NCBI GenBank assembly: GCA_047602425.1
Contig: JASGHG010000001.1
Location: 2,432,001-2,496,000, forward strand
Source: Nibricoccus sp.
Lineage (GTDB): Bacteria; Verrucomicrobiota; Verrucomicrobiia; Opitutales; Opitutaceae
Direction of reading: 5' to 3'
Length of the DNA: 64,000 nt
A program made the position numbers and the translations under genes. Numbering within the stretch: the first letter of the stretch is position 1; the number at the start of each line of letters is the position of its first letter. Shown here piece after piece: positions 1 to 8,425 of the stretch. Below the pieces are notes generated by a model, which saw nothing but the letters and a program-made list of their open reading frames with translations, was not told the origin of the DNA and made no database searches.

Positions 1-2
1 CT

Positions 3-689
3 TCCATCGGAATTTCCGATCTCCTCGACATCGTAGATACCGCCCTGGCGACGATCTCCCGTCGTTTGCCGGTTCATGTTGGCCGTGAAGACCTGGCCAC
101 CGTCGGCAAGCTCGCGCTCATATCCGCGCTGGGCCAGTGCAGTGGTTCGGTCAGCGAGGTTCGCGCTTACTGCTTCGTGCGGGTGCGCGGCGCGATTCTG
201 GACGAACTACGCCGCCTTGATCCGCTTTCGCGCCGCCGCCGTGAACAACTCACAGCGGTTGTTCGTGCCCAAGCCGAATTGAGCGCGCGCCTCGGCCGAG
301 CAGCCACGCGGGCTGAAATCGCGGTAGCGACCAAGCTTTCACTTTCGGAGGTTACCGCTGTGCAGCAAATGCTCGCGCAGGAATCGGAATTTTCTGAAAC
401 GGAAGTCGAATTGCTGCCCGACACGGAAGCATCATCGCCGGCCGAAACGATCGAGGCTGAGGATCTTCGCCTAAATCTGCGCGGTGCACTTCAGCGCCTT
501 AACAGCGCTCAAGCGGCCGTGCTTTACCGCTACTATTTCGACGAGGTCACGCTCGATGTGATTGCGGCCGAGATGGGCCTCTCGAAAGAGCGTGTTCGCC
601 AGATCCGCGACGCCGGTGAAAAAAAACTCCGTGCTGACTTCATCGTCCTGTCGATCTGGCAGTCACTCATTAACCACAGCCGGGATTAG
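3..689 (+). CDS. Sigma-70 family RNA polymerase sigma factor, FliA/WhiG-like (5'-truncated by window edge)
   Basis: Frame is open from position 3 (SIGISDLLDIV...). Region 2 motif RVRGAILDELRRLDPLSR, region 3 LGRAATRAEIA and region 4 HTH TLDVIAAEMGLSKERVRQI. Confidence 0.85.
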   Translation, partial: SIGISDLLDIVDTALATISRRLPVHVGREDLATVGKLALISALGQCSGSVSEVRAYCFVRVRGAILDELRRLDPLSRRRREQLTAVVRAQAELSARLGRAATRAEIAVATKLSLSEVTAVQQMLAQESEFSETEVELLPDTEASSPAETIEAEDLRLNLRGALQRLNSAQAAVLYRYYFDEVTLDVIAAEMGLSKERVRQIRDAGEKKLRADFIVLSIWQSLINHSRD

Positions 690-709
690 TCATCCCGGCT
701 GCTTTGCTC

Positions 710-1375
710 ATGCGCTTTTTGGACAAACACACAACTCGGGACAAACTGTTGCTCAGGCTTGAACGCGAGCGCAACCGACTTTGGCAGGCGCAGCGAGATG
801 CTCCGATTGTTCCGCTGGAACATCCATACCAACGTGGCTGGGTGAAGACGTTTCAACTTCGCGAGGATGTTTCACGTCGCCCGGACGCTGCAATTTTCCG
901 AACCATCCTGGCTGCCGTGAACCTGAAAGTTTTTTCCCGCAATCGAGAATTTCTAAATCCACGAGGAGAGGAAATCCTGCTGCGACCGAAGAAACTCAGA
1001 ATCGACCAGTGGAGAAAGCTGGCTTGGCCAGCCAGTCATCAGCGCTTCTTTGCTTTCGGGCATTGGCGAGCGGACGAAGAGGCATGGATGCCTTTGCGGC
1101 TCCGCCGGCTGCTGCCCGGCTACAAGCTGGTGCATAATTGGTGGTTAGTAGAAGATGCACAGCCGCATTTGATCACTCACCAACGCGTGGAGCTTCCAAC
1201 AGTCCGCAAGCGCCTCTCAGAAATTGAGGCATACCTGAGCCACCGGCAGGGACACGAGCGACTCAACAAGCTTCATGGCCGGAGTGATTGGTGGCGCAGA
1301 TTTGTGGAATCGCGCGCCGATATCCGGACAAATTACTTCATCGAAGAGCAGCTTTCCCGCGAAATAGAAACATGA
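710..1375 (+). CDS. Conserved hypothetical protein, basic and Trp/Arg-rich
   Basis: 221-aa ORF from ATG 710, 20 nt after the sigma stop. The motif PLEHPYQRGW...LREDV resembles hypothetical proteins I recall near rtcB in Bacteroidota (not verified). Confidence 0.7.
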   Translation: MRFLDKHTTRDKLLLRLERERNRLWQAQRDAPIVPLEHPYQRGWVKTFQLREDVSRRPDAAIFRTILAAVNLKVFSRNREFLNPRGEEILLRPKKLRIDQWRKLAWPASHQRFFAFGHWRADEEAWMPLRLRRLLPGYKLVHNWWLVEDAQPHLITHQRVELPTVRKRLSEIEAYLSHRQGHERLNKLHGRSDWWRRFVESRADIRTNYFIEEQLSREIET

Positions 1376-1391
1376 CTAAACAGTCATGTTT

Positions 1392-1434
1392 TATGCCACA
1401 AGCCCTCTATTTCGATGCACGTCATTGTGGTATA
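1392..1434. promoter_or_regulatory. Imperfect inverted repeat, candidate operator upstream of the DIP1984-like gene
   Basis: TATGCCACAA (1392-1401) and TTGTGGTATA (1425-1434) are 9/10 reverse-complementary with a 23-nt spacer, in an AT-rich intergenic gap. Confidence 0.3.
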
Positions 1435-1473
1435 TTTTTCCAATCAAAACTAAGAAAAAGAAACAAAATACAT

Positions 1474-1962
1474 ATGAAAACGATCACCCTTTCACACGCC
1501 CTGAAACACAAAAACCGTCTGGCCGGCGACGTCGCACGGCTGCGCGAAATCGTGCAACGCGAAAACTCACGCAAGGAATCGCAGCCGGCTCGCGCCGACG
1601 TGCGGGTTGCCTTCGACGATAGCGTCGCCCGTTCCCGCGAACTGGCTGCTTTCAAAGGTGCAATCGCCTCCGCAAATGCAGGCGTGCTTTCCGAGGATCG
1701 TGGTATCTATGCCAAGTTGAATCTTCAGGCCGAGCTGCGTGGCCTGATCGTCTTTATCAAGGGGCTCAACACCAAGGAGGGTGAAGAGGTTGAGCGCGTC
1801 GGCTTCATGAGTCGCGACGATGCCATCCGCACGGTCTACGTTGCAACGATTACCCGCGAGGAAGTTGATCGTCTGGTTGTCGCCTATCAGAATGAAATCG
1901 AACGTTTGCAGGATGAAATCGACGAGTTCAACGCAACAACGCGCATTCCTTTGACCAACTAG
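1474..1962 (+). CDS. DIP1984-like helical/coiled-coil protein (162 aa)
   Basis: ATG 1474 follows an A-rich leader. N-terminal TLSHALKHKNRL, central KGAIASAN and C-terminal EIERLQDEIDEFNATTRI follow the DIP1984-family pattern as I recall it. Confidence 0.6.
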   Translation: MKTITLSHALKHKNRLAGDVARLREIVQRENSRKESQPARADVRVAFDDSVARSRELAAFKGAIASANAGVLSEDRGIYAKLNLQAELRGLIVFIKGLNTKEGEEVERVGFMSRDDAIRTVYVATITREEVDRLVVAYQNEIERLQDEIDEFNATTRIPLTN

Positions 1963-1967
1963 TCCTT

Positions 1968-2169
1968 TCGGGCCCGGCTTGAACACGTACGACTGACTAC
2001 AGGCATTCTGGCATCCAACGATGCCATTGCGGTCTGATAAACCGTAACAACGATATCGACCTGATTGTTAACAGTCATCGTTCAACCTCTCAAAATACAA
2101 AAATTACCGCTAAAGGTTAAAACTTTTGCCACCTGCTTCAATTGTACGCGTTTCAGGCCGGTGTCCCGA
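1968..2169 (+). ncRNA. Candidate structured non-coding RNA between the DIP1984-like gene and rtcB
   Basis: 1968-1992 pairs with 2142-2169 (about 24 bp, including 2 G-U pairs, 3 bulges and 1 mismatch). Internal hairpins at 2009-2026 and 2027-2047. A-rich tract with ~7-nt periodicity at 2068-2123. Confidence 0.65.
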
Positions 2170-2185
2170 TCAAATTGTAAGAGCC

Positions 2186-3721
2186 ATGAATATGGAAATC
2201 AAAGCCCGTGATCTCGTTGCTGCCGGTTGGCATGAAGGCCGCCGCCTAGGCGCTGCTCTCCGCCGCGCACGTGATCTCGAATCCACTGGAATTTCTCGCG
2301 CCGAAGTGCTCGTTCAACTCGAACAAGAATTTCCAAAGCAACTCGCCGTGATTCTTCCGCGCTATGAGCCGGCTCCGCTGGCCGAAGCGATCGAAGCTAC
2401 CACACCGGAAGAAGCGACCAACGTTACCTCGGCCCGTCAGCGCATGCTCGAACTTCTCCACGTCCCGGTGGTGAAGCGCGGAAGCATCATGCCGGACGCC
2501 TGCCCGTCGGGTGGTGGTCGTGCCACGATTCCGGTTGGGGGAGCCATCGAAGTCGAGAATGCCATCATTCCCGGCGCTCACTCGGCTGATATCTGCTGCT
2601 CGATGTACGCATCCTTTTTCCCGGCCAACCATCCGGTGGGCGAAATGATGGATCATCTTCAGAAGACCACGCACTTCGGTGCGGGTGGTCGTGCACGCGG
2701 TCAGCAATGGACCACGTCGGTGGTGGAAGAGCCGGTTTGGGATAACCCTTTCCTTTCCGGACTGCGTAGCCGGGCCCAGGATTTCATGGGAACCCAAGGC
2801 GACGGAAATCATTTCGCCTATGTCGGACGTATCCAGTTTACGGATGCGCAACGCGCTGCGCTTGAATCCGCCGGCTATACCGAACTCACCGAATGGATCG
2901 TGCGCCGCGACGGTGAATTCAACGTCCTCGTGACTCACCACGGTTCGCGTGGTCTCGGTGCTGATGTGTACAAACGCGGCCAGAAAGCTGCCCGCAAATG
3001 GTGTGACGAAAACGCCAAAGATATTCCCGACGCAGCTGTCTGGTTGCCGTACGATTCTCCGGATGGCTCCGCTTACTGGGACGCGTTGCAGTACGTATCT
3101 CGCTGGACGCGTGAAAACCACGCCCAGATCCATGCCGCCTTCCTGCGTCGCTTGGGTCAGCGTGGCCTCGTGCAAATCGGCAACGAGCACAACTTTGTTT
3201 GGAAACGCGGAGATTCTTTCTTCCACGGAAAGGGTGCTACGCCGGCGTGGAAAGACGCGCAGGGCCGTCCGCTGCTCGGAATTATTCCGCTTAACATGGC
3301 CCGTGAAATCCTCCTCGTACTTGGTTCGGACAACAACAACTACCTGTCGTTCTGTCCGCACGGCGCTGGTCGCAACCTGTCGCGCTCGGCCATGCTGCGT
3401 CCTTACAAAGACGTGGACGGTGAAATCGATCCGGCACTCGTGCAGAAGACCCTGGCCGAAACCACGGCCGGGCTTGATATCCGTTGGTTCAATGGCGCAC
3501 CGGATTTGTCCGAGTCTCCGCTCGGCTACAAAAACGCTACGCAGGTGAAGGCGCAGATCGACCGCTTTGGTTTGGCCACGGTGGTTGGCGAAATCCAACC
3601 GCGCGGTTGCATAATGGCCGGCGAAGCTCCGGAACCGCCATGGGCTCGTGCTCGCCGCGAAAAACGCGCTGCCCACAAAGCCATGCGCCGCGAGGGCGAT
3701 GTTGAAGTGGGTGAAGCCTAA
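2186..3721 (+). CDS. rtcB: RtcB family RNA ligase (3'-phosphate/5'-OH)
   Basis: Motifs MPDACP..IPVGG, SADICCS, GTQGDGNHF, THHGSRG, NEHNF, HGKGATPA, HGAGRNLSR and SESPLGYK. Confidence 0.93.
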   Translation: MNMEIKARDLVAAGWHEGRRLGAALRRARDLESTGISRAEVLVQLEQEFPKQLAVILPRYEPAPLAEAIEATTPEEATNVTSARQRMLELLHVPVVKRGSIMPDACPSGGGRATIPVGGAIEVENAIIPGAHSADICCSMYASFFPANHPVGEMMDHLQKTTHFGAGGRARGQQWTTSVVEEPVWDNPFLSGLRSRAQDFMGTQGDGNHFAYVGRIQFTDAQRAALESAGYTELTEWIVRRDGEFNVLVTHHGSRGLGADVYKRGQKAARKWCDENAKDIPDAAVWLPYDSPDGSAYWDALQYVSRWTRENHAQIHAAFLRRLGQRGLVQIGNEHNFVWKRGDSFFHGKGATPAWKDAQGRPLLGIIPLNMAREILLVLGSDNNNYLSFCPHGAGRNLSRSAMLRPYKDVDGEIDPALVQKTLAETTAGLDIRWFNGAPDLSESPLGYKNATQVKAQIDRFGLATVVGEIQPRGCIMAGEAPEPPWARARREKRAAHKAMRREGDVEVGEA

Positions 3722-3797
3722 AAGAGTGGTTCGTTGTCAGCTCAGCCGAGATTGTGGGTGACACCGAAGGTCCGGCGCGATTTTTAGTCCGCTCGGA

Positions 3798-3863
3798 GTC
3801 GCGGCGTTCTTTTTCGTGACCGGCAGACTAGATCTGCTGTTGCGGAAAAAGACGGCGCGCGAC
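3798..3863. terminator. Long imperfect hairpin between convergent rtcB and wza-like genes (possible terminator or repeat)
   Basis: GTCGCG..TCTTTTTCGTGA-CGGCAGA / TCTGCTG-TTGCGGAAAAAGA..CGCGAC. Confidence 0.35.
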
Positions 3864-3887
3864 GCGAAAGTTTTTGCAACAGACGCC

Positions 3888-4614
3888 TCAGAAAACAGCG
3901 AAGCGTTCCGGCACGATCACGATGTCAGACGGTTTCAGGAAAAAGGGTTCTTTGGTGGAACCATCCATCATGGCCTTCACATTCACGGTGAAGTTTTCGG
4001 TTCGGCCATTTTCATCCTTTCGGATGACCGTGACGGATTTCAGATTTGCCTTCGCGAAATCGGGGCCGCCCGCTTCCATGATGGCTTCCAGCAAGGTGAG
4101 AGCGTGATCGGTGGTGATTTTACCTGGATGGAGCACGGCGCCGGATACGAAGGTCGAAAAATTCGCAGTCACCACCGTGACAATGATTTCCTTGGTGACG
4201 AGCTGTGGGGCGTAGAGACGGATCAACTCAGCTTGAAGATCGCTAGGGGTGAATCCCGCGGCTCTGCACTTCGCCAATGAGCGCGAGAGAGATCTTGCCG
4301 TCGCGACGAATGGTTTGCACGGCGTCCAAGTTTGGCGCGCTCGGGAAGGAAATTTTCACAACGTCACCTTCGCGCAAGGTCAGGGCCTCGGCTTTCGACG
4401 TGGCGACAGGTGCCGGTTTTGATTCACGGACGGGAGCGGCAACAGGTGCGGGCGCCGAATCTCCCCGACGGAAGATTCCACAGCCAGTGTTCAAGGCCAG
4501 CAGCAGGATCGTGGTTATTGCAACTGTGCAACTAAAAGGACGGCGGGACTGCTCGCGATGGAGAAAGGTTGTTGAGCCGGACATAGGAGAGGAAGTTTTG
4601 AAAAGGGTGGTCAT
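3888..4614 (-). pseudogene. Polysaccharide biosynthesis/export (Wza-like, SLBB) lipoprotein split by a single-base frameshift
   Basis: ORF 4243-4614 has a lipoprotein-like signal and Poly_export motif (LREGDVVKISF..IRRDGKISLALIGEV). ORF 3888-4277 continues AAGFTPSDLQ..VSGAVLHPG..LLEAIMEAGG..LKPSDIVIVP. One extra base at ~4263-4265 separates the two frames. Confidence 0.8.
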
Positions 4615-5233
4615 GAGAGGACGCCGGAATGGTTCAGGATTTGGCGCAGGGAAGGTTATAAGGCGAGTTTAAAGGGGAGAGATATTTTGTGAATATCATT
4701 GTTAACCAATGAATGGCAACCGGCTGACAATGTTTTCTGTCTGCAGACTGTGGATATTTGCAGGTTAACCTGAACCGCGTCGCGGGATTTTCACACAAAT
4801 TTATTTTTCCAGACAGGAACGGATGGACCGGTCACGGGTCCGATGCCAGCGCCCTATCCCTTTTCTTGATTTATTTCCGCCCGCTGGTTCGTGTCAGAAG
4901 CTATAACTAGTAAACAGATACAATGGCTGGTTTTTGCAAAACATTTACAACCGTCATCAAGATGCAAATCGTTGGTGATTTCGCGTGGCTGGGGCGTAAG
5001 AAAAGCGTCAATCACGAGAGCATTTTCGAAGGTAAATTCGGAGAGGAAACGGTGCTCTGAATGCAGATGGTTTGTAACAGAATCACGAAACCTTCTGTTC
5101 GCACCAAACGGGGCTTGTGGACGGGTGGAGTTGTGGCGTTATCACACCCATTCACTAACAGGAATTCGCATCATCCGCTTCATCTCCCCTGACCATTTCG
5201 CCGCAAAAATCGACAACGAATAACGCCCTCCAA

Positions 5234-7666
5234 ATGAAGATTTTTCCCGCGCGCTTTTTTTCCAGTGTTCTTCTGCTGATCTCGTCACTCGCTCTTTGCG
5301 GCCCGGCTCACGCCGATACCATGACGGCGGCGGTCGGACAGAAAGTATCGATCGAGGTCACGGCGAATGGTTCTCAACCTTTCACTTACCAATGGTATAA
5401 AAATGGCACGGTCATTCCGAATGCCACTTCGTCGACCTACGTGATCAATGCGGTGGCGATGAGCGACGACGCCACCTACACGGCCACGGTAACCAATTCG
5501 ATGGATACCACCACGTCCGACGCCGCTGTGCTCACGGTGATTGCGGCTCTGACTCCGCCGACGATTTCGACTCAACCCGTTTCGCAAACCGTGACAGCCG
5601 GAACCGCCGTTACCGTCTCTGTGACCGCCTCCGGCACCGGCACGCTCAAATACCAATGGACGAAAGGCGGCGTGAACATTGCCGGAGCCACTTCTTCCAG
5701 TTACACGATCTCGAATCCGGCAACGACCGACTCCGGCTCCTACGCCGTCATGGTTACGAACACGGTGGGAACTGCTTCGTCGACGCCCGTCACCTCCAAT
5801 GCCGCAACGTTGACCGTCAACGCTCCGATTTTGCCAACCACGATCACTTCGCAACCCACCGCTTTGACAGTGACCACTGGTCAATCGGCCTCGTTTAGCG
5901 TGACTGCGACCGGTTCCGGAACGTTGACCTACCAATGGCGCAAAGGCGGCACCAACATTTCAGGCGCGACTTCCTCTTCCTACACGATCTCTGGAGCAAC
6001 AACCAATGACGCTGGCAGCTACTCGGTGGTCGTCACGGGCACGGGCGGCTCGGTCACTTCAAATTCTGTTACGCTCACCGTCAACGCACCGACGGTCATT
6101 ACTCAACAACCCACCGCTCTCGCCGTGATCTCTGGCCAGTCCGCGACATTGAGCGTCGCCGCAACGGGAACTTCGCTTACTTACCAATGGCGCAAAGGTG
6201 GCACGAATATTTCCGGTGCAACCTCTGCGAGCTATACCATTGCCACCACCACAAGCGCCGATGCTGGAAGTTACTCAGTCGTCGTTACGGGTACGGGCGG
6301 CTCTGTGACATCCAACGCTGTCGCGTTGACCGTAAATCCCGCTCCGATTCCCGGAGCTCCGGATGGTTACGCCACGTTGGTTACCGGCGGTGCCGCGGGC
6401 ACTGCTATTACAGTCACCACGGCGGCGGAACTGCGCACTTACGCGGAATCAGCCCCAGCCTATGTCATCACTGTTTCCGGCACCATCAATCTCAGCGGTT
6501 CGGTTGCAGTGAAATCGAACAAAACCATCCAAGGCGCGAACGCGTCCTCCACGATTGTCGGTCAGCTCGATCTCGGCAGCGGCGTGAACAACGTCATCAT
6601 CCGCGGCCTTAACGTCACAAATACCACCGGCAACGGAATCACCCTCCGCAATGCCAGCAGCGTTTTCATCACGCACTGTTCGGTCTACGATTGCGGCGGC
6701 AACTTGATCGAAATCAGCAATGGCTCGGATTACGTCACCGTTTCCTGGTCGGAATTTTATTACAGCAGCACCTCCTTCACCAATCGCAAAGCTCTCTTTG
6801 TCGGTGTCGCTGGTTCGGAAACCAAAGCCCTCCACGTGACATTGCACCACAACTGGTGGTCCGATCTTTGCGATCAGAGCATGCCGAACGGCACGTGGGG
6901 CTACGTGCATCTTTACAGCAATTGCTTTGGCGCCACCGTGGTCGCCAACGCCTTCAACAACACCAGCGGCACCGTCGCCAGCGATAACGCCCAATTCCTC
7001 GTCGAGCGCAACAACTACAACCGGGTCAAGGATCCATTGTACAAGGAGAACCTCGACACGACGAAAGCCATGGGCCGCATCCGCGCGATGGCTAACACCT
7101 TTACCAATTGCACGGGCAAAGCGGTTGATGCGGGCACCGATTCCGTTTTCACGCCGATTTATTCCTACGAAATGTATCATCAAGACGACGTCGATGCGGC
7201 CTTGCCCTCGCTCGTTGGCAACACGGGTGGCGCGAGTTCCACCACTCCTACGTCGTCGACCGCCAGCGTGAGCGACCCCAGCAGTGCGGTCTCTCCCGGC
7301 GCTTCATTCACTTTGACCGCCCTTCCGACCGGCTTCACCGCGACTTCTTATCAGTGGCGCAGAAACAACGTCGATATTTCCGGTGCAACTTCTGCCTCAT
7401 ACAGCGTTGGCTCGATGCAAAGCGCGAACGCCGGCACCTATACCGTGATGCTTGGACTTTCTTCTGGCAGTTATGTCGTCAGTTCGCCCCTTGATGTGCT
7501 TCTCGGCACGGACACAGGTAACGACGGCGGCTCGTCCAGTGGTGGTGCAAAACCCGCAGCCGCTGCTGCAGGTGGTGGCGGCGGCGGTGCTCCTGGCATT
7601 GCCTATCTAGCGGCGCTCTTGGCTCTCGGTTTCTTGCGAGCCATTTCTCGCCGCCGAATCGCCTGA
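5234..7666 (+). CDS. Secreted Ig-like-repeat protein with a PL1 pectate lyase domain and a GlyGly-CTERM-like anchor
   Basis: Signal peptide; four Ig repeats (TYQWxK..GATSSSYTI..DAGSYSVVVT); pectate lyase region (GYATLVTGGAAG, VKSNKTIQG, NNVIIRGL, VTVSW, VTLHHNWW); a fifth Ig; GGGGGGA + transmembrane helix + RRR tail. Confidence 0.85.
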   Translation: MKIFPARFFSSVLLLISSLALCGPAHADTMTAAVGQKVSIEVTANGSQPFTYQWYKNGTVIPNATSSTYVINAVAMSDDATYTATVTNSMDTTTSDAAVLTVIAALTPPTISTQPVSQTVTAGTAVTVSVTASGTGTLKYQWTKGGVNIAGATSSSYTISNPATTDSGSYAVMVTNTVGTASSTPVTSNAATLTVNAPILPTTITSQPTALTVTTGQSASFSVTATGSGTLTYQWRKGGTNISGATSSSYTISGATTNDAGSYSVVVTGTGGSVTSNSVTLTVNAPTVITQQPTALAVISGQSATLSVAATGTSLTYQWRKGGTNISGATSASYTIATTTSADAGSYSVVVTGTGGSVTSNAVALTVNPAPIPGAPDGYATLVTGGAAGTAITVTTAAELRTYAESAPAYVITVSGTINLSGSVAVKSNKTIQGANASSTIVGQLDLGSGVNNVIIRGLNVTNTTGNGITLRNASSVFITHCSVYDCGGNLIEISNGSDYVTVSWSEFYYSSTSFTNRKALFVGVAGSETKALHVTLHHNWWSDLCDQSMPNGTWGYVHLYSNCFGATVVANAFNNTSGTVASDNAQFLVERNNYNRVKDPLYKENLDTTKAMGRIRAMANTFTNCTGKAVDAGTDSVFTPIYSYEMYHQDDVDAALPSLVGNTGGASSTTPTSSTASVSDPSSAVSPGASFTLTALPTGFTATSYQWRRNNVDISGATSASYSVGSMQSANAGTYTVMLGLSSGSYVVSSPLDVLLGTDTGNDGGSSSGGAKPAAAAAGGGGGGAPGIAYLAALLALGFLRAISRRRIA

Positions 7667-7844
7667 TATCGTCAAGGCCCTTCTGGGCACGCGTGAAGGA
7701 ATCGGTGCCTGTGCCTCTTTGCAGGCATCGCCAGCTCCGCGCATGAGGAACACTCAATCGCCGTTTTCCAGATTCAAATGGGGGACTAGAGCACACACAA
7801 TAAAACTGTAGCCGTAAATCGGTGTTACAAACCGAGCTGTCCTC

Positions 7845-7915
7845 GTAGGGGCGCAGTCTTGCTGCGTCCTTTCTGAGGCGAAGCCAAACCGGGCGCAGCA
7901 AGACTGCGCCCCTAC
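7845..7915. repeat. GTAG-type REP-like inverted doublet
   Basis: GTAGGGGCGCAGTCTTGCTGCGTCC ... GGGCGCAGCAAGACTGCGCCCCTAC. The two 25-nt arms are reverse complements (1 mismatch), and each arm is itself a hairpin. Confidence 0.75.
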
Positions 7916-8425
7916 AGCCGGAGTTGTGCGGCTATGACATTTTTAAAAATGCTCTAAAGCTGAAGCCAAAATCGATGCCTACATTGGCCGCTCGGCTTCG
8001 ATTAATCGGGATTCTTCAATCGGTCGAAACAGGTCGCCAAAAATGGACTGCCCTTCGCTACGACTGGTCCAGACGAAATTTTATTTGTAGCATTTCAATT
8101 AATTGGATCTGCGTTCCCGCGTTTTGAATAGAAGCGAGTTGTAAGAGCGTGATCTTGCTGAAGCCGTACTCAACAGCCCCAATTCGGGTGCACCGGATTA
8201 CATGTCGGCCACAAATGCGCCACAATTTTGCCGTATTTGACCTAACCTACTCAAAGACAGTTTCTAATGGAATTTTATTCATTTTAAGGTGAAGAAGCTG
8301 TTGCAAGTCATTTGATAAATAATCCAACAGTGACTTTTTTAGTACGGCCTCTCATTGCAAGTTACTGTCTTAAAGTACGATGCCAATGAATTGCGCAAAT
8401 TGTGTGCAAAAACTGCTACAAATTG

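Noticed and set aside
1288..1473. N-terminal extension of the DIP1984-like ORF given in the ORF track
   Set aside because: It overlaps the upstream gene and an AT-rich intergenic region; ATG 1474 gives the family-like start.
1968..2169. Interpretation of the structured segment as a tRNA, Y RNA, CRISPR array or simple terminator
   Set aside because: No cloverleaf or T-loop, no Ro60 gene in the window, no repeat-spacer pattern, and a ~150-nt loop without a U-tract is incompatible with an intrinsic terminator.
2126..2185. TTG start extending RtcB upstream
   Set aside because: It would run through the 3' arm of the RNA stem; ATG 2186 or 2192 gives a plausible N-terminus.
2246..3676. 476-aa antisense ORF over rtcB (similarly 21596-22831, 22880-24520, 39059-40477, 46039-47217)
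   Set aside because: These are shadow ORFs opposite well-supported genes, as expected from high-GC codon bias.
4833..4937. Sigma-54 promoter candidates near the wza-like and Ig-lyase genes
   Set aside because: The minus-strand TGGCAT site has GT at -12, and the plus-strand TGGCTGGTTTTTGC has 9-nt spacing; neither fits GG-N10-GC.
7924..8127. 67-aa ORF in the long intergenic region
   Set aside because: TTG start, no motif, atypical composition; probably non-coding regulatory DNA.
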